NCBI GenBank assembly: GCA_016711875.1
Contig: JADJSD010000006.1
Coordinates: 99,470-163,469 of the forward strand
Reading direction: 5' to 3'
DNA: 64,000 bases
Origin: Betaproteobacteria bacterium
GTDB lineage: Bacteria > Pseudomonadota > Gammaproteobacteria > Burkholderiales > Usitatibacteraceae
The notes beneath the pieces were generated by a model, which was not told the DNA's origin, did not search any database, and saw only the letters and a program-made list of their open reading frames with translations. Position numbers and translations under genes: made by a program. Shown here one piece after another: positions 47,940 through 58,970 of this stretch; position 1 is the first letter of the stretch, and each line of letters opens with the position of its first letter.

Positions 47940-49535
47940 ATGACATTCCCCCGCATCGCTTCCGGCCGGCAACTCGCCGCCGCCGTCCTCGGTTGCTGTC
48001 TCCTCCTGCCCGGCGCGGCGCTCGCGCAATCGGGCAAGACGCTCAAGTTCATCCCCGAGGCGGACCTGCGCATCCTCGACCCGATCGTCACCACCGCGTA
48101 CATCACGCGCAATTACGGCTACATGGTGTTCGACGTGCTGCTCGCCGTGGACGAGAAGTTCCAGATCCAGCCGCAGATGCTCGAGAAGTACGAGGTCTCC
48201 GCGGACAAGATCACCTACACCTTCACGCTGCGCGACGGCCTCAAGTTCCACGACGGCGCGCCGGTGCGCTCGGCCGACTGCATCGCCTCGATCGAGCGCT
48301 GGGCCAAGCGCGACGTGTTCGGCCAGAAGCTCGGCGATCTCACGGATTCCTGGACGGCCGTGAACGCGAAGACCTTCCGCCTCAAGCTCAAGAAGCCCTT
48401 CCCGTACGTCCTGGACGCGCTCGCGAAGCCTTCCTCCAACGTGCCCTTCATCATGCCCGAGCGCATGGCGAAGACCGACGCGAGCACCCCCGTCACCGAA
48501 TCGATCGGCTCCGGCCCCTTCAAGTTCGTGAAGGCCGAGTGGGTGCCGGGCAACAAGGTCGTGTTCGTGAAGAACGCCGACTACGTGCCGCGCAAGGAAG
48601 CGCCGTCCTGGGGCGCCGGCGGCAAGGTCGCCAAGGTGGACCGCGTGGAATGGATCTACATCCCCGATTCCGCCACGGCCGCCGCGGCGCTGAATGCGGG
48701 CGAGGTGGACTGGTGGCAGCAGATGCCGCCGGACCTGATCCCGCTCCTCGCCAAGAACAAGGACGTGAAGATCGAGAACACGGATCCGCTGGGCTCCATC
48801 GGCCTGCTGCGCTTCAACCACCTGCAGCCCCCGTTCAACAACGTGAAGCTTCGCGAGGCAGTCCTCGCCGTGGTCAACCAGAACGACTACGCCATCGCCA
48901 TCGCGGGCGACCCCAAGAACGGCAAGCCCTGTGCCTCGTTCTTCACCTGCGGCACGCCGCTCGCCAACAGCGCGGGCTCCACGGTCCTCACCGGCAAGCG
49001 CGACTTCGAGCGCGCCAAGGCCCTGGTCAAGGAATCGGGCTACAAGGGCGAGAAGGTCATCATCCTCGACGCGACGGACCAGCCCATCGTCCACTCGCAG
49101 GCCCTGGTAACGGCCGACCTGCTCAAGAAGATCGGCATCAACGCCGAGCTCGCCGCGAGCGACTGGGGCACGGTCATCACGCGCCGCGCCTCCAAGGAGC
49201 CGGTGGAGAAGGGCGGCTGGAGCATCCTGCACACGTGGTTCGTGGGTCCGGACATCGTGAGCCCCGCGCTCAACTCGCCCCTGCGCGGTGCCGGCGAGAA
49301 GAGCTGGTTCGGCTGGCCCAACGACCCGAAGCTCGAGGAACTGCGCGACAAGTGGTTCGACGCCCCCACCCTCGCGGACCAGAAGAAGGCCGCCGAGGAG
49401 CTGCAGCTGCAGGGCTGGAAGACGATCCCCTACATCCCGACGGCGCAGCTCATCATCCCGACGGCGTATCGCAGCAACATCCCCGGCATCATCAAGAGCC
49501 CGGTGACCTTCCTGTGGAACGTGGAGAAGAAGTAA
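47940..49535 (+). CDS. ABC transporter substrate-binding protein, family 5 (peptide/nickel type)
   Basis: Start ATG 47940 in ORF 47793..49535, with signal peptide MTFPRIASGRQLAAAVLGCCLLLPGAALAQ. The body is DppA/OppA-like (TYTFTLRDGLKFHDGAPV..., GSGPFKFVKAEWVPGNKVVFVKN). Confidence 0.9.
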   Translation: MTFPRIASGRQLAAAVLGCCLLLPGAALAQSGKTLKFIPEADLRILDPIVTTAYITRNYGYMVFDVLLAVDEKFQIQPQMLEKYEVSADKITYTFTLRDGLKFHDGAPVRSADCIASIERWAKRDVFGQKLGDLTDSWTAVNAKTFRLKLKKPFPYVLDALAKPSSNVPFIMPERMAKTDASTPVTESIGSGPFKFVKAEWVPGNKVVFVKNADYVPRKEAPSWGAGGKVAKVDRVEWIYIPDSATAAAALNAGEVDWWQQMPPDLIPLLAKNKDVKIENTDPLGSIGLLRFNHLQPPFNNVKLREAVLAVVNQNDYAIAIAGDPKNGKPCASFFTCGTPLANSAGSTVLTGKRDFERAKALVKESGYKGEKVIILDATDQPIVHSQALVTADLLKKIGINAELAASDWGTVITRRASKEPVEKGGWSILHTWFVGPDIVSPALNSPLRGAGEKSWFGWPNDPKLEELRDKWFDAPTLADQKKAAEELQLQGWKTIPYIPTAQLIIPTAYRSNIPGIIKSPVTFLWNVEKK

Positions 49536-49564
49536 TCGCGCTTCCGCTCCGCCGGTAACGCGCT

Positions 49565-50506
49565 GTGCTCGGCTACACCCTGCGTCGTCTCGCCGCGACC
49601 ATCCCCGTCATGGGGGTGGTCGCGCTCTTCGTCTTTTCGCTGCTCTACCTGAGCCCGGGCGACCCGGCGGCCATCATCGCCGGCGACATCGCCACCGAAG
49701 AGGACATCGCGAAGATCCGCGCGCGCCTGGGTCTCGACCAGCCCTATTTCATCCGCTTCGGCACCTGGCTCTGGGCCCTCGCGCAGGGCGACCTGGGCAC
49801 TTCCATCTTCACCGGGCTCCCGGTCACCACGCTCATCGGCCAGCGGCTCGAGCCCACGCTCGCGCTCACCCTGTGCACGCTGGTGGTGGCCGTGGCGCTC
49901 GCCGTGCCCCTGGGCGTCATCGCGGCGGCGCGCGCCGGCGGCTGGATCGACCGCGTGGTGATGGCCGTCTCCGTGGTGGGCTTCTCGGTGCCGGTCTTCG
50001 TGCTCGCGTACGGCCTGGTGCTGCTCTTCGCCGTGCAGCTGGAGTGGCTGCCGGTGCAGGGCTACACGCCGCTCAAGGAGGGCTTCTGGCCGTTCCTGCG
50101 CCACATGATCCTGCCGTCGGTGGCCCTGGGCCTCACCTACATGGCGCTCATCGCGCGAATCACCCGCGCGAGCATGCTCGACGTCCTCTCGCAGGACTAC
50201 GTCCGCACCGCCCACGCGAAGGGCCTCGCGCCCGGCACGGTGCTGGTGCGCCACGCGCTCAAGAACGCGGCCGTGCCCATCGTCACCATCATCGGCATCG
50301 GCATCGCCCTGCTGATCGGGGGCGTGGTGGTCACGGAGACGGTCTTCGCGATTCCCGGCATCGGCCGCCTCGTCGTCGACGCGATCCTGCGCCGCGACTA
50401 CCCCATCATCCAGGGCGTGACGCTGCTCTTCTCGGCCGTCTACGTCCTCGTGAACCTGCTGGTCGACCTGAGCTACGTGTTCTTCGACCCGAGGATCCGC
50501 TATTGA
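49565..50506 (+). CDS. ABC transporter permease (DppB-like)
   Basis: 313 aa. MLGYTLRRLAATIPVMGVVALFVF..., then the EAA-type loop DYVRTAHAKGLAPGTVLVRHALKNA. Confidence 0.9.
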   Translation: MLGYTLRRLAATIPVMGVVALFVFSLLYLSPGDPAAIIAGDIATEEDIAKIRARLGLDQPYFIRFGTWLWALAQGDLGTSIFTGLPVTTLIGQRLEPTLALTLCTLVVAVALAVPLGVIAAARAGGWIDRVVMAVSVVGFSVPVFVLAYGLVLLFAVQLEWLPVQGYTPLKEGFWPFLRHMILPSVALGLTYMALIARITRASMLDVLSQDYVRTAHAKGLAPGTVLVRHALKNAAVPIVTIIGIGIALLIGGVVVTETVFAIPGIGRLVVDAILRRDYPIIQGVTLLFSAVYVLVNLLVDLSYVFFDPRIRY

Positions 50507-50515
50507 ACGCGGCCC

Positions 50516-51405
50516 ATGGCTGAGGCCAATCCCGCCAGCCCGCCCGTGGTGACGCCGGTGAATTCCGGCACCGCCTGGCGGCGGCTGGGCGCCGCGCTGC
50601 GCCGCCACCCCACCGCCATCGCCGGTGGCGTCACGCTGCTCGTCATGATCCTGGTCGCCGTGCTGGCCCCGTGGCTGGGCACCGTCGATCCGACGGACGT
50701 CTCCCCCATCCGGCGCCTGAAGCCCCCGTCGGCGGAGTACTGGTTCGGCACGGACATGCTCGGGCGCGACGTCTACAGCCGCGTGATCTACGGCACGCGG
50801 GTCTCGCTCACGGTCGGCCTCGCGGTGGCCTTCGTCGCGACGCTCATCGGCCTGGCCATCGGGCTCGTCACGGGCTTCGTGCGCTGGCTGGACGCCATCG
50901 TGATGCGCGTGATGGATGGCCTCATGTCCATTCCCTCCGTGCTCCTCGCCATTGCGCTCATCGCGCTCACCAAGGCGAGCCTCACGAACGTGATCGCCGC
51001 CATCGCCATCGCGGAGATCCCGCGCGTGGTCCGGCTCGTGCGCAGCCTCGTGCTGCAGCTTCGCGAGCAGCCCTACGTCGAGGCGGCGGTGGCCTCGGGC
51101 ACGCGCGTGCCGATGATCCTCCTTCGCCACATCCTGCCCAACACCGTGGCCCCGCTGCTCGTCCAGGCCACCTACATCTGCGCCTCCGCGATGATCACCG
51201 AGGCCATCCTGTCGTTCATCGGCGCCGGCACGCCGCCCAACATCCCGAGCTGGGGCAACATCATGGCCGAGTCGCGCAGCCTCATCCAGATCGCCGGCAC
51301 CATCCTGCTCTTCCCCGGCATCTTCCTGTCGCTCACGGTGCTGTCGGTGAACCTGCTGGGCGACGGCATGCGCGATGCGCTCGATCCCCGTCTCGCGAGG
51401 CGCCT

Positions 51406-51409
<4 letters not shown>
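50516..51409 (+). CDS. ABC transporter permease (DppC-like)
   Basis: 297 aa. [23 protein letters not shown] and [24 protein letters not shown]. Confidence 0.9.
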
Positions 51410-52424
<1,015 letters not shown>

Positions 52425-52428
<4 letters not shown>

Positions 52429-53483
52429 GCGAAACGGCGAGCGTCCCGGCCCCGGCCACCTTGCCGACGCCCGGCAACGCACTTCTCGAGGTGCAGGGCC
52501 TGCGCAAGTATTACCCGACGCGCCAGGGCCTCTTCGCCGCCGGCGCGCCCAAGGTGCACGCGGTCGACGGCGTGAGCTTCTGGATCCGCGAGGGCGAGAC
52601 GCTCGGCCTCGTCGGCGAATCGGGCTGCGGCAAGTCCACCACGGGCAAGCTCATCCTGCGGCTCCAGGACCCGAGCGCGGGCAGCATCCAGTGGCGCGGT
52701 CGCGAGATCACGGACCTGAACGCGGGCGAGATGCGCATCATCCGCAAGGAGCTGCAGGCCGTCTTCCAGGACCCGTACGCCTCGCTCAACCCGCGCATGC
52801 GCGCCGGCGAGATCGTGGCCGAGCCGCTGCGCAACTTCGGCGAGATGACCGGCAGCGAGCGCAAGGAACGCGTCGCGCAACTCTTCGCACGCGTGGGACT
52901 TCGCCCCGACCAGCTCGTGAAGTACCCGTACGAGTTCTCCGGCGGGCAGCGCCAGCGCCTGGGCATCGCGCGCGCCCTGTCCGTGAACCCGAAGCTCATC
53001 GTCTGCGACGAGCCGGTCTCGGCGCTCGACGTCTCCGTGCAGGCGCAGGTGATCAACCTGCTCATGGACCTGCAGGAGGAGCTGGGCCTTTCCTACCTTT
53101 TCATCGCGCACGACCTCGCCGTGGTTGAGCACATCAGCCACCGCGTGGCCGTGATGTACCTGGGCAAGGTCGTGGAGATCGCGCCCAAGCGGACGATCTT
53201 CACCGCGCCCGCGCATCCGTACACCGAGGCGCTGCTGGAAGCCGTGCCCGTGGCATCGCCCGGCCTGCGGCGCGCGCGCAAGGTGCTGGGCGGCGACGTG
53301 CCGAGCCCGATCAACCCGCCTTCCGGTTGCCGGTTCCACACGCGCTGCCCCTACGTGGAGGCGCGTTGCCGCGAAGTGGAGCCGCCCCTCGTGGCCATCG
53401 CACCGGACCACCTCGTCGCCTGCCACCTGCGGCCCGGCAGTATCATGACGGATCCCGCTTCCGGTCCGACTCCCGCTGCATGA
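52425..53483 (+). CDS. ABC transporter ATP-binding protein (DppF-like)
   Basis: ATG 52425 overlaps the previous stop (ATGA). Contains [36 protein letters not shown] and HPYTEALL...[11 protein letters not shown]. Confidence 0.9.
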
Positions 53484-54700
53484 CGCTCCGCCCGAATTCC
53501 TCCGCCCGCGCCTTTCGCAACCCCGCCGCCGCCCCTCCTTCCGAGCCGTACGGCCCGGCGCGCTCGCGCGGCCTGAACGCCGAAGGGTTCGCCGCCGCGT
53601 TCGCCGGGATTTCCCGCTGGCCGGGCTACGCGGCCACACCCCTCGTCGAATTGCCCGCCCTCGCGCGCGAGATGGGCCTCGCCAGGCTCTGGTACAAGGA
53701 CGAGCGATCGCGCTTCGGCCTGAAGAGTTTCAAGGCCCTGGGCGGCGCCTATGCCGTCGCGAACGTGCTGCGCGCGAAGGTGGCCGCGGCCCTCGGGCGC
53801 GACGTACCCGGTGGTGAACTCGTGGACGGCCGGCATGCCGCTCTCGTCGCGAAAGAGACGGTCACCTGCGCGACGGACGGCAACCACGGCCGCTCGGTCG
53901 CGTGGGGCGCGCGCCTCTTCGGGTGCCGCTGCGTGATCTACGTGCACGAGACCGTCTCGCAGGGCCGGCGCGACGCCATCGCCGCCTATGGCGCCGAGGT
54001 CGTGGAGGTGAAGGGCACCTACGACGACGCGGTTCGCCACGCCGCGGCGCAGGCGGCCGCCCACGGCTGGACCGTCGTCTCGGACACCTCCTATCCGGGC
54101 TACACCGCCATCCCCACCGACGTGATGCACGGCTACGGCGTGATGGCCGAGGAGGTCGCGGCGCAACTCGGCGAGGTGCCGCCGACGCACGTGCTCGTGC
54201 AGGCCGGCGTGGGTGCGTTCGCGGGCGCGATGTGCGCCCACTTCTGGATCCGCTGGGGCGAACGCCGTCCGCGCTTCGTCGTCGTCGAACCGCTGGAGGC
54301 CGACTGCATCTACAGGAGCCTCGAGGCGGGTCATCCCGTCGTCGTGGGCGGGGCGCTCGATACCGCCATGGCCGGGCTCGCCTGCGGTGAAGTGTCCGAG
54401 CTCGCGTGGCCCATCCTGTCGGGGGGTGCGAACGTCGCCGTCGCCATCGGGGACGAGGACGCCTTCGCGGCCATGCGCCGCCTCGCGAATCCCACCGACA
54501 GCGACCCCGCGGTCGTCTCCGGCGAGACGGGCGGGGCGGGCCTGGGAGCCCTCATCGCCGCTGCGCGCGATCCCGCGATCCGCTCGGCGCTGGACCTCGA
54601 GCCGAATTCCCGCGTGCTCATCCTCGGCAGCGAGGGCGACACGGATCCCGTCATCTACCGCACGATCGTCGGCCGCAGCGCCGAGGAGGTACTCGCATGA
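53480..54700 (+). CDS. Diaminopropionate ammonia-lyase-type PLP enzyme
   Basis: ATG 53480 overlaps the previous stop. Contains [24 protein letters not shown] (PLP-lysine context), [16 protein letters not shown] and [12 protein letters not shown]. Confidence 0.8.
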   Translation: MTLRPNSSARAFRNPAAAPPSEPYGPARSRGLNAEGFAAAFAGISRWPGYAATPLVELPALAREMGLARLWYKDERSRFGLKSFKALGGAYAVANVLRAKVAAALGRDVPGGELVDGRHAALVAKETVTCATDGNHGRSVAWGARLFGCRCVIYVHETVSQGRRDAIAAYGAEVVEVKGTYDDAVRHAAAQAAAHGWTVVSDTSYPGYTAIPTDVMHGYGVMAEEVAAQLGEVPPTHVLVQAGVGAFAGAMCAHFWIRWGERRPRFVVVEPLEADCIYRSLEAGHPVVVGGALDTAMAGLACGEVSELAWPILSGGANVAVAIGDEDAFAAMRRLANPTDSDPAVVSGETGGAGLGALIAAARDPAIRSALDLEPNSRVLILGSEGDTDPVIYRTIVGRSAEEVLA

Positions 54701-55947
54701 CCCCCGCCACGCCCGATCGCATCGACACCCTCCGCATCGACGGCATGCGCCTCCTGGATCGCCTGGCGGCCATGGCCCGGATCGGCTGGAAGGACAACGC
54801 CTGCTGCCGCCTCGCCCTCACCGACGAGGACCGCGAGGGCCGCGACCAGCTCGTGGCCTGGATGAAGGCGGCCGGGCTCACGGTCTCGATCGACCCGGTG
54901 GGCAACATCTTCGGGCTGCGCCCGGGCACCGACCCTTCCGCCGCGCCGGTGATGACGGGCTCGCACATCGACACCGTGCGCACCGGCGGCAAGTACGACG
55001 GCAACCTCGGCGTGCTGGGCGGGCTGGAAGTCGCGATGACGCTCAACGATGCCGGCGTGAAGACCCGCCGGGGTCTCGTCGTCGCCGCCTTCTCGAACGA
55101 GGAGGGCGCGCGCTTCCACCCGGACATCCTGGGCTCCATGGTCTTCGCGGGCGGGCTCACGCTCGAGGAGGCCTACGGCACGGTCGCCATCGACGGCAAG
55201 CGCTATGGCGAAGAGCTGGACCGCATCGGCTACCGCGGCGACGCCCCCGTGCCGGCGTTCGAGCCGCACGCGTACGTCGAGCTGCACATCGAGCAGGGCC
55301 CCATCCTGGACATCGAGGGCGTCACCATCGGCGCCGTGAGGAATCTCCAGGGCATCTCGTGGCAGGAAGTGTCCATCGTCGGGCAGTCCAACCACGCGGG
55401 CACCACGCCCATGCACCTGCGGCGGGACGCAGGCTACTGCGCGGCGGCCATCGGCATGGAACTGCGCGCGATCGCGAGGGAGATGGGCGGCAGCCAGGTG
55501 TGCACGATGGGCGCGGCGAACCTGCACCCGAACCTCATCAACGTGATCGCGGCGCGTGCGCTCGTCACGGTGGACATCCGCAACACGTCCGAGGAGCTGC
55601 TGCAGAAGGCCGAGAAGCGCTTCGCGGATTTTCTCGTGCGCCTGGCATCGGAAGAGAAGGTCACCATCACCACCAAGTCCCTGGCGCGCTTCCAGCCCGT
55701 GAAGTTCGACGACGGCGTCGCGGACCTCATCGCGCGCCACGCCCGGGCCCTGGGCCTTTCCTGCCGCGACATGACCTCCGGCGCCGGCCACGACGCGCAG
55801 ATGCTGGCGCGGATGTGCCCGTCGGCGATGATCTTCGTTCCCTCGGTGAAGGGCATCAGCCACAACGGCGCCGAACACACGGAGCCCGAAGACCTCGAAG
55901 CCGGCGCGAACGTCCTGCTTCAGAGCCTGGTCGAACTGGCCGCATGA
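54697..55947 (+). CDS. M20-family Zn amidohydrolase (N-carbamoyl-L-amino-acid hydrolase / allantoate amidohydrolase type)
   Basis: ATG 54697 overlaps the previous stop. Contains GNIFGLRPG, VMTGSHIDTVRTGGKYDGNLGVLGGLE, FSNEEGARF, GQSNHAGTTPM and SGAGHDAQ. Confidence 0.85.
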   Translation: MTPATPDRIDTLRIDGMRLLDRLAAMARIGWKDNACCRLALTDEDREGRDQLVAWMKAAGLTVSIDPVGNIFGLRPGTDPSAAPVMTGSHIDTVRTGGKYDGNLGVLGGLEVAMTLNDAGVKTRRGLVVAAFSNEEGARFHPDILGSMVFAGGLTLEEAYGTVAIDGKRYGEELDRIGYRGDAPVPAFEPHAYVELHIEQGPILDIEGVTIGAVRNLQGISWQEVSIVGQSNHAGTTPMHLRRDAGYCAAAIGMELRAIAREMGGSQVCTMGAANLHPNLINVIAARALVTVDIRNTSEELLQKAEKRFADFLVRLASEEKVTITTKSLARFQPVKFDDGVADLIARHARALGLSCRDMTSGAGHDAQMLARMCPSAMIFVPSVKGISHNGAEHTEPEDLEAGANVLLQSLVELAA

Positions 55948-56894
55948 GCCGGGTCGTCACCGTCGGCGCGGCGCAGCTCGGGCCGATCGCGCGAGCGGAA
56001 ACGCGAACGCAGGTCGTGGCTCGGATGGTCGCGATGCTGCACGAAGCGAAAAGGCACGGCGTGGACCTCGTCGTCTTTCCCGAGCTCGCGCTCACGACGT
56101 TCTTTCCACGCTGGTATTTCGAGCGGCAGGAGGAGGTCGACGCCTTCTTCGAGCGCGAGATGCCCGGCCCGGAGACGAAGCCCCTTTTCGAGGAAGCCCG
56201 GACGCTCGGCATCGGCTTCTATCTCGGCTACGCGGAACTGGCGCACGAGGATGGCCGCGTTCGCCGCTTCAACACGGCGGTGCTCGTGGACCGCCGGGGC
56301 GGCATCGTCGGCAAGTACCGCAAGATCCACCTGCCGGGCCACGCGGAGCACGAACCGTGGCGCGCCTTCCAGCACCTGGAGAAGCGCTATTTCGAGCGCG
56401 GCGACCTGGGCTGGCCCGTCTTCCGCGTGGAGCTCGCGGCGGGCGTGACGGGCCTCGTGGGCATGGCGATCTGCAACGACCGCCGCTGGCCCGAAACCTA
56501 CCGCGTGATGGGCCTGCAGGGCGTGGAGATGATCCTCATCGGCTACAACACGCCGGTGCACAATCCGCCCGCGCCGGACCACGATGCGCTCTCGCACTTC
56601 CACAACGAACTCGTGATGCAGGCGGGCGCCTACCAGAACGGCACCTGGGTCGTGGGAGTCGCCAAGGCCGGCAGGGAGGAAGGCGTCGAGCAGATCGGCA
56701 ACTCGATCGTCGCCGCGCCCTCGGGCGAGATCGTGGCGGCCTGCACGACGACGGGCGACGAGCTCGCCATCGCCCGCTGCGACCTCGACCGCACGCTCTC
56801 CTACAAGAACACCACCTTCAATTTCGCGCGGCACCGCGAACCCGAGATGTACGGGATGATCGTGGAGCGCAAGGGCGCGATCCCGCCCCCCTGA
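55944..56894 (+). CDS. N-carbamoyl-D-amino-acid hydrolase (D-carbamoylase, nitrilase superfamily)
   Basis: ATG 55944 overlaps the previous stop. VVFPELALTTFFPRW, GKYRKIHLPGH, FQHLEKRYFE, ICNDRRWPE and GYNTPVHNPP are near-colinear with the Agrobacterium-type DCase as I remember it. Confidence 0.85.
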   Translation: MSRVVTVGAAQLGPIARAETRTQVVARMVAMLHEAKRHGVDLVVFPELALTTFFPRWYFERQEEVDAFFEREMPGPETKPLFEEARTLGIGFYLGYAELAHEDGRVRRFNTAVLVDRRGGIVGKYRKIHLPGHAEHEPWRAFQHLEKRYFERGDLGWPVFRVELAAGVTGLVGMAICNDRRWPETYRVMGLQGVEMILIGYNTPVHNPPAPDHDALSHFHNELVMQAGAYQNGTWVVGVAKAGREEGVEQIGNSIVAAPSGEIVAACTTTGDELAIARCDLDRTLSYKNTTFNFARHREPEMYGMIVERKGAIPPP

Positions 56895-56904
56895 GGAGGT
56901 CCGC

Positions 56905-57303
56905 GTGGAACCCGGCGACCTGCGCAGCGCCCGCGACGCCGTCGAGCCCTACCGCACCAAGGACGGCTCGCTCATCCGCGAGTTGATGCATCCGTCCGTG
57001 CAGGGCAACCGCGCGCAAAGCCTCGCCGAGGCCACGATTCCCGCCAACGGCCGAACCCTCCTGCACCGCCACCGCGCGACCGAGGAGATCTACCACGTGA
57101 CCGCGGGCACGGGCTGGGTGTGGATCGCGGAGCGCTGGCATGCCGTCGTGCCGGGCGATTCCCTCGGCATCCCGCCGGGGACGGCGCACTGCGCGCAGGC
57201 GGGTGCCGAAGCCGCGCTCGTCATTTTGTGCGCCTGCAGCCCGGCCTACTCGCACGAGGACACCGAACTCCTCGCGGGCGACGTTCCGCCGCCGCCAGAA
57301 TGA
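56905..57303 (+). CDS. Cupin-domain protein
   Basis: 132 aa (GTG start). LHRHRATEEIYHVTAGTGWV...GDSLGIPPGTAHCAQ is a cupin G(X)5HxH...G(X)5PxG(X)2H-like pattern. Confidence 0.75.
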   Translation: MEPGDLRSARDAVEPYRTKDGSLIRELMHPSVQGNRAQSLAEATIPANGRTLLHRHRATEEIYHVTAGTGWVWIAERWHAVVPGDSLGIPPGTAHCAQAGAEAALVILCACSPAYSHEDTELLAGDVPPPPE

Positions 57304-57334
57304 GTTTCCGCCCCACCTCCCGGAGAATTCGAAA

Positions 57335-57553
57335 ATGAAGAAGATCTTCGCCGCCGTCGCCGCGCCGCCCCTGCAGGCACGGGGATACCCCATGCGCGCC
57401 ATCGCGATGATCGTCCCGCAGGCCGCGGCCAAGGCACGGAAGGACGGCGACACGCTCCTCTTGACCATCAGCAGCTCCCAGGCCATCAGCCCCGCGCGCT
57501 GCAAGGTGCCGGGCTTCGATCCCGTGAAGGCCTCGGGTGCGACGGTGAACTGA
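57335..57553 (+). CDS. Small hypothetical protein (72 aa), weakly supported
   Basis: ATG 57335 is preceded by GGAGA 8-12 nt upstream, with high GC3. No family was recognised, and a longer antisense ORF overlaps it. Confidence 0.3.
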   Translation: MKKIFAAVAAPPLQARGYPMRAIAMIVPQAAAKARKDGDTLLLTISSSQAISPARCKVPGFDPVKASGATVN

Positions 57554-57564
57554 ACGCGCCGCTC

Positions 57565-57972
57565 TCAGGCGGACTCGATCAACGAGGCGAGGTCGCGCTC
57601 CAGCAGGCTTTCGTCACCCGCGTTGAGGGCGACGAGGCAGCGCAGGTTGGTGATGCTGTCGAGCCCGATCTCCAGGCACTGGATGCCCAGGCGCCCGTCG
57701 GTGGCATGAGCCACCACGCCTGCCATGCGGATCATGTGCTCTTCGTCGCCCAGGTGGACGGCCAGCGCGCAGGGCGTTCCGGGCGGCGCGTCGAGCGCCG
57801 TCCCGTCCTCGACGAGGGCGCCGTTGAGCGAGATGTCGATGAGGACGCAGTCGCGCGGGATGCCTTCGCAGGCGAGCGTGACCTGGGTGTGGAACGGCAC
57901 GCGCGTGAAGCGGCGCCGCGAAGGCTGGGGTGGGTTCACGGGCGGCATGGATGTCTCGATTGCCGTGCCCAC
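57565..57972 (-). CDS. PilZ-domain (c-di-GMP-binding) protein
   Basis: 135 aa. RRRFTR (RxxxR) followed by DISLNGALV (D/NxSxxG) at the canonical spacing. Confidence 0.8.
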   Translation of the reverse strand: MGTAIETSMPPVNPPQPSRRRFTRVPFHTQVTLACEGIPRDCVLIDISLNGALVEDGTALDAPPGTPCALAVHLGDEEHMIRMAGVVAHATDGRLGIQCLEIGLDSITNLRCLVALNAGDESLLERDLASLIESA

Positions 57973-58045
57973 GCCCCGGCGGGGCGCGCGGCCGGTACCT
58001 TCTTCAACGGCCGCGCGCCGACGGACTTGAGCCCCTCGGGGGGGA

Positions 58046-58414
58046 TCAACCCATGCAGAACACGTTGAGCTTGTTGCCGTCCGGGTCGCGGAAGTAGCCG
58101 GCGTAGAAGCCTTCGCCGCGCGGCCCGGCGGGGCCCTCGTCCTTCGCGCCGAGTTCCATCGCCTTCCGGTAGACGCGGTCGACCATTTCCTTCGAGTTCA
58201 CGGCGAGGGCGACCATCGTCCCGTTGCCGGCCGTGGCGGGCTTCTTGTCGTACGGGATGCCGACGGCGAGCCCCGGCTGTTCCATTGATACGCCCCAGGC
58301 GATGCTGGTGCCGAAATCCATCAGCCGCTTGGCGCCCACTTCCGCGAGGAGTGCGTCGTAGAAGGCCTTGGCGCGTTCGAAATCGTTGGTGCCGAGCATC
58401 ACGTAGCCGATCAT
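58046..58414 (-). CDS. VOC (glyoxalase/bleomycin-resistance/dioxygenase) family protein
   Basis: 122 aa from ATG (comp.) 58412-58414. MIGYVMLGTNDFERAKAFYDALL...GFYAGYFRDPDGNKLNVFCMG. Confidence 0.85.
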   Translation of the reverse strand: MIGYVMLGTNDFERAKAFYDALLAEVGAKRLMDFGTSIAWGVSMEQPGLAVGIPYDKKPATAGNGTMVALAVNSKEMVDRVYRKAMELGAKDEGPAGPRGEGFYAGYFRDPDGNKLNVFCMG

Positions 58415-58500
58415 GGTCCTTGTTCTCCGGAGGGTGGGAGAGCGAGTGTATTCCGGCGCCGCGCCGGAATCGAGAACCGCAACAAACCGTGACGCCAAAG

Positions 58501-58528
58501 AAAAACGGCAGCCGAGGCTGCCGTTTTC
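58501..58528 (-). terminator. Rho-independent terminator of cspA
   Basis: The minus strand reads AAAACGGCAGCC-TC-GGCTGCCGTTTTT, 19 nt downstream of the cspA stop. Confidence 0.7.
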
Positions 58529-58546
58529 TTTGCTGAGGGGAGCGGC

Positions 58547-58750
58547 CTAGATCGGCTTGATCGCCGTCGCCTGCTTGCCCTTGGGGCCCTGCTTGATCTC
58601 GAATTCCACCTTCTGGTTTTCCTTGAGCGACTTGAAGCCCGCCGCCTGGATTTCCGAGAAGTGCGCGAAGAGGTCTTCTCCGCCGCCATCCGGGGTGATG
58701 AAGCCGAAGCCCTTGGCGTCGTTGAACCACTTGACGGTACCGGTTGCCAT
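58547..58750 (-). CDS. cspA: Cold-shock protein (CspA family)
   Basis: 67 aa. [35 protein letters not shown]... carries the RNP1 (KGFGFI) and RNP2 (VFAHF-like) motifs. Confidence 0.95.
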   Translation of the reverse strand: MATGTVKWFNDAKGFGFITPDGGGEDLFAHFSEIQAAGFKSLKENQKVEFEIKQGPKGKQATAIKPI

Positions 58751-58900
58751 GTCTGATTCCTTTACAAATTGATGTGATGAATTGCGGGCTTGGCCCGCGA
58801 ACCGCGTGCGAAACAGGGAGGCTATCCGGGACCGCAAGAGCGCGCCGGGAACCCGGCGGCACATGAGTTACAGCTAGTCGACTGATTCACCGCAGGAGCA
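58751..58900 (-). promoter_or_regulatory. Long, comparatively AT-rich cspA 5' leader (extent approximate)
   Basis: The region upstream of the cspA ATG is the least GC-rich stretch of the window and has no ORF with coding character. Long structured 5' UTRs are characteristic of cspA-type genes. Confidence 0.4.
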
Positions 58901-58970
58901 ATGATACATGAATCAAGGACCTAGAGAAGTTTCTTCGCGAAACGGCCCGGCAGGCCGGTCCGGGCCCCGC

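Noticed and set aside
49430-51130. 566-aa minus-strand ORF over the two ABC permease genes; similar long antisense ORFs at 41868..43130, 43729..45234, 52158..53639, 54655..55878 and 55920..56834
   Set aside because: They are antisense to genes with unmistakable family signatures (permease EAA loops, ParE/ParC, Walker motifs, M20, DCase), and they have His/Arg/Asp/Gly-rich low-complexity translations.
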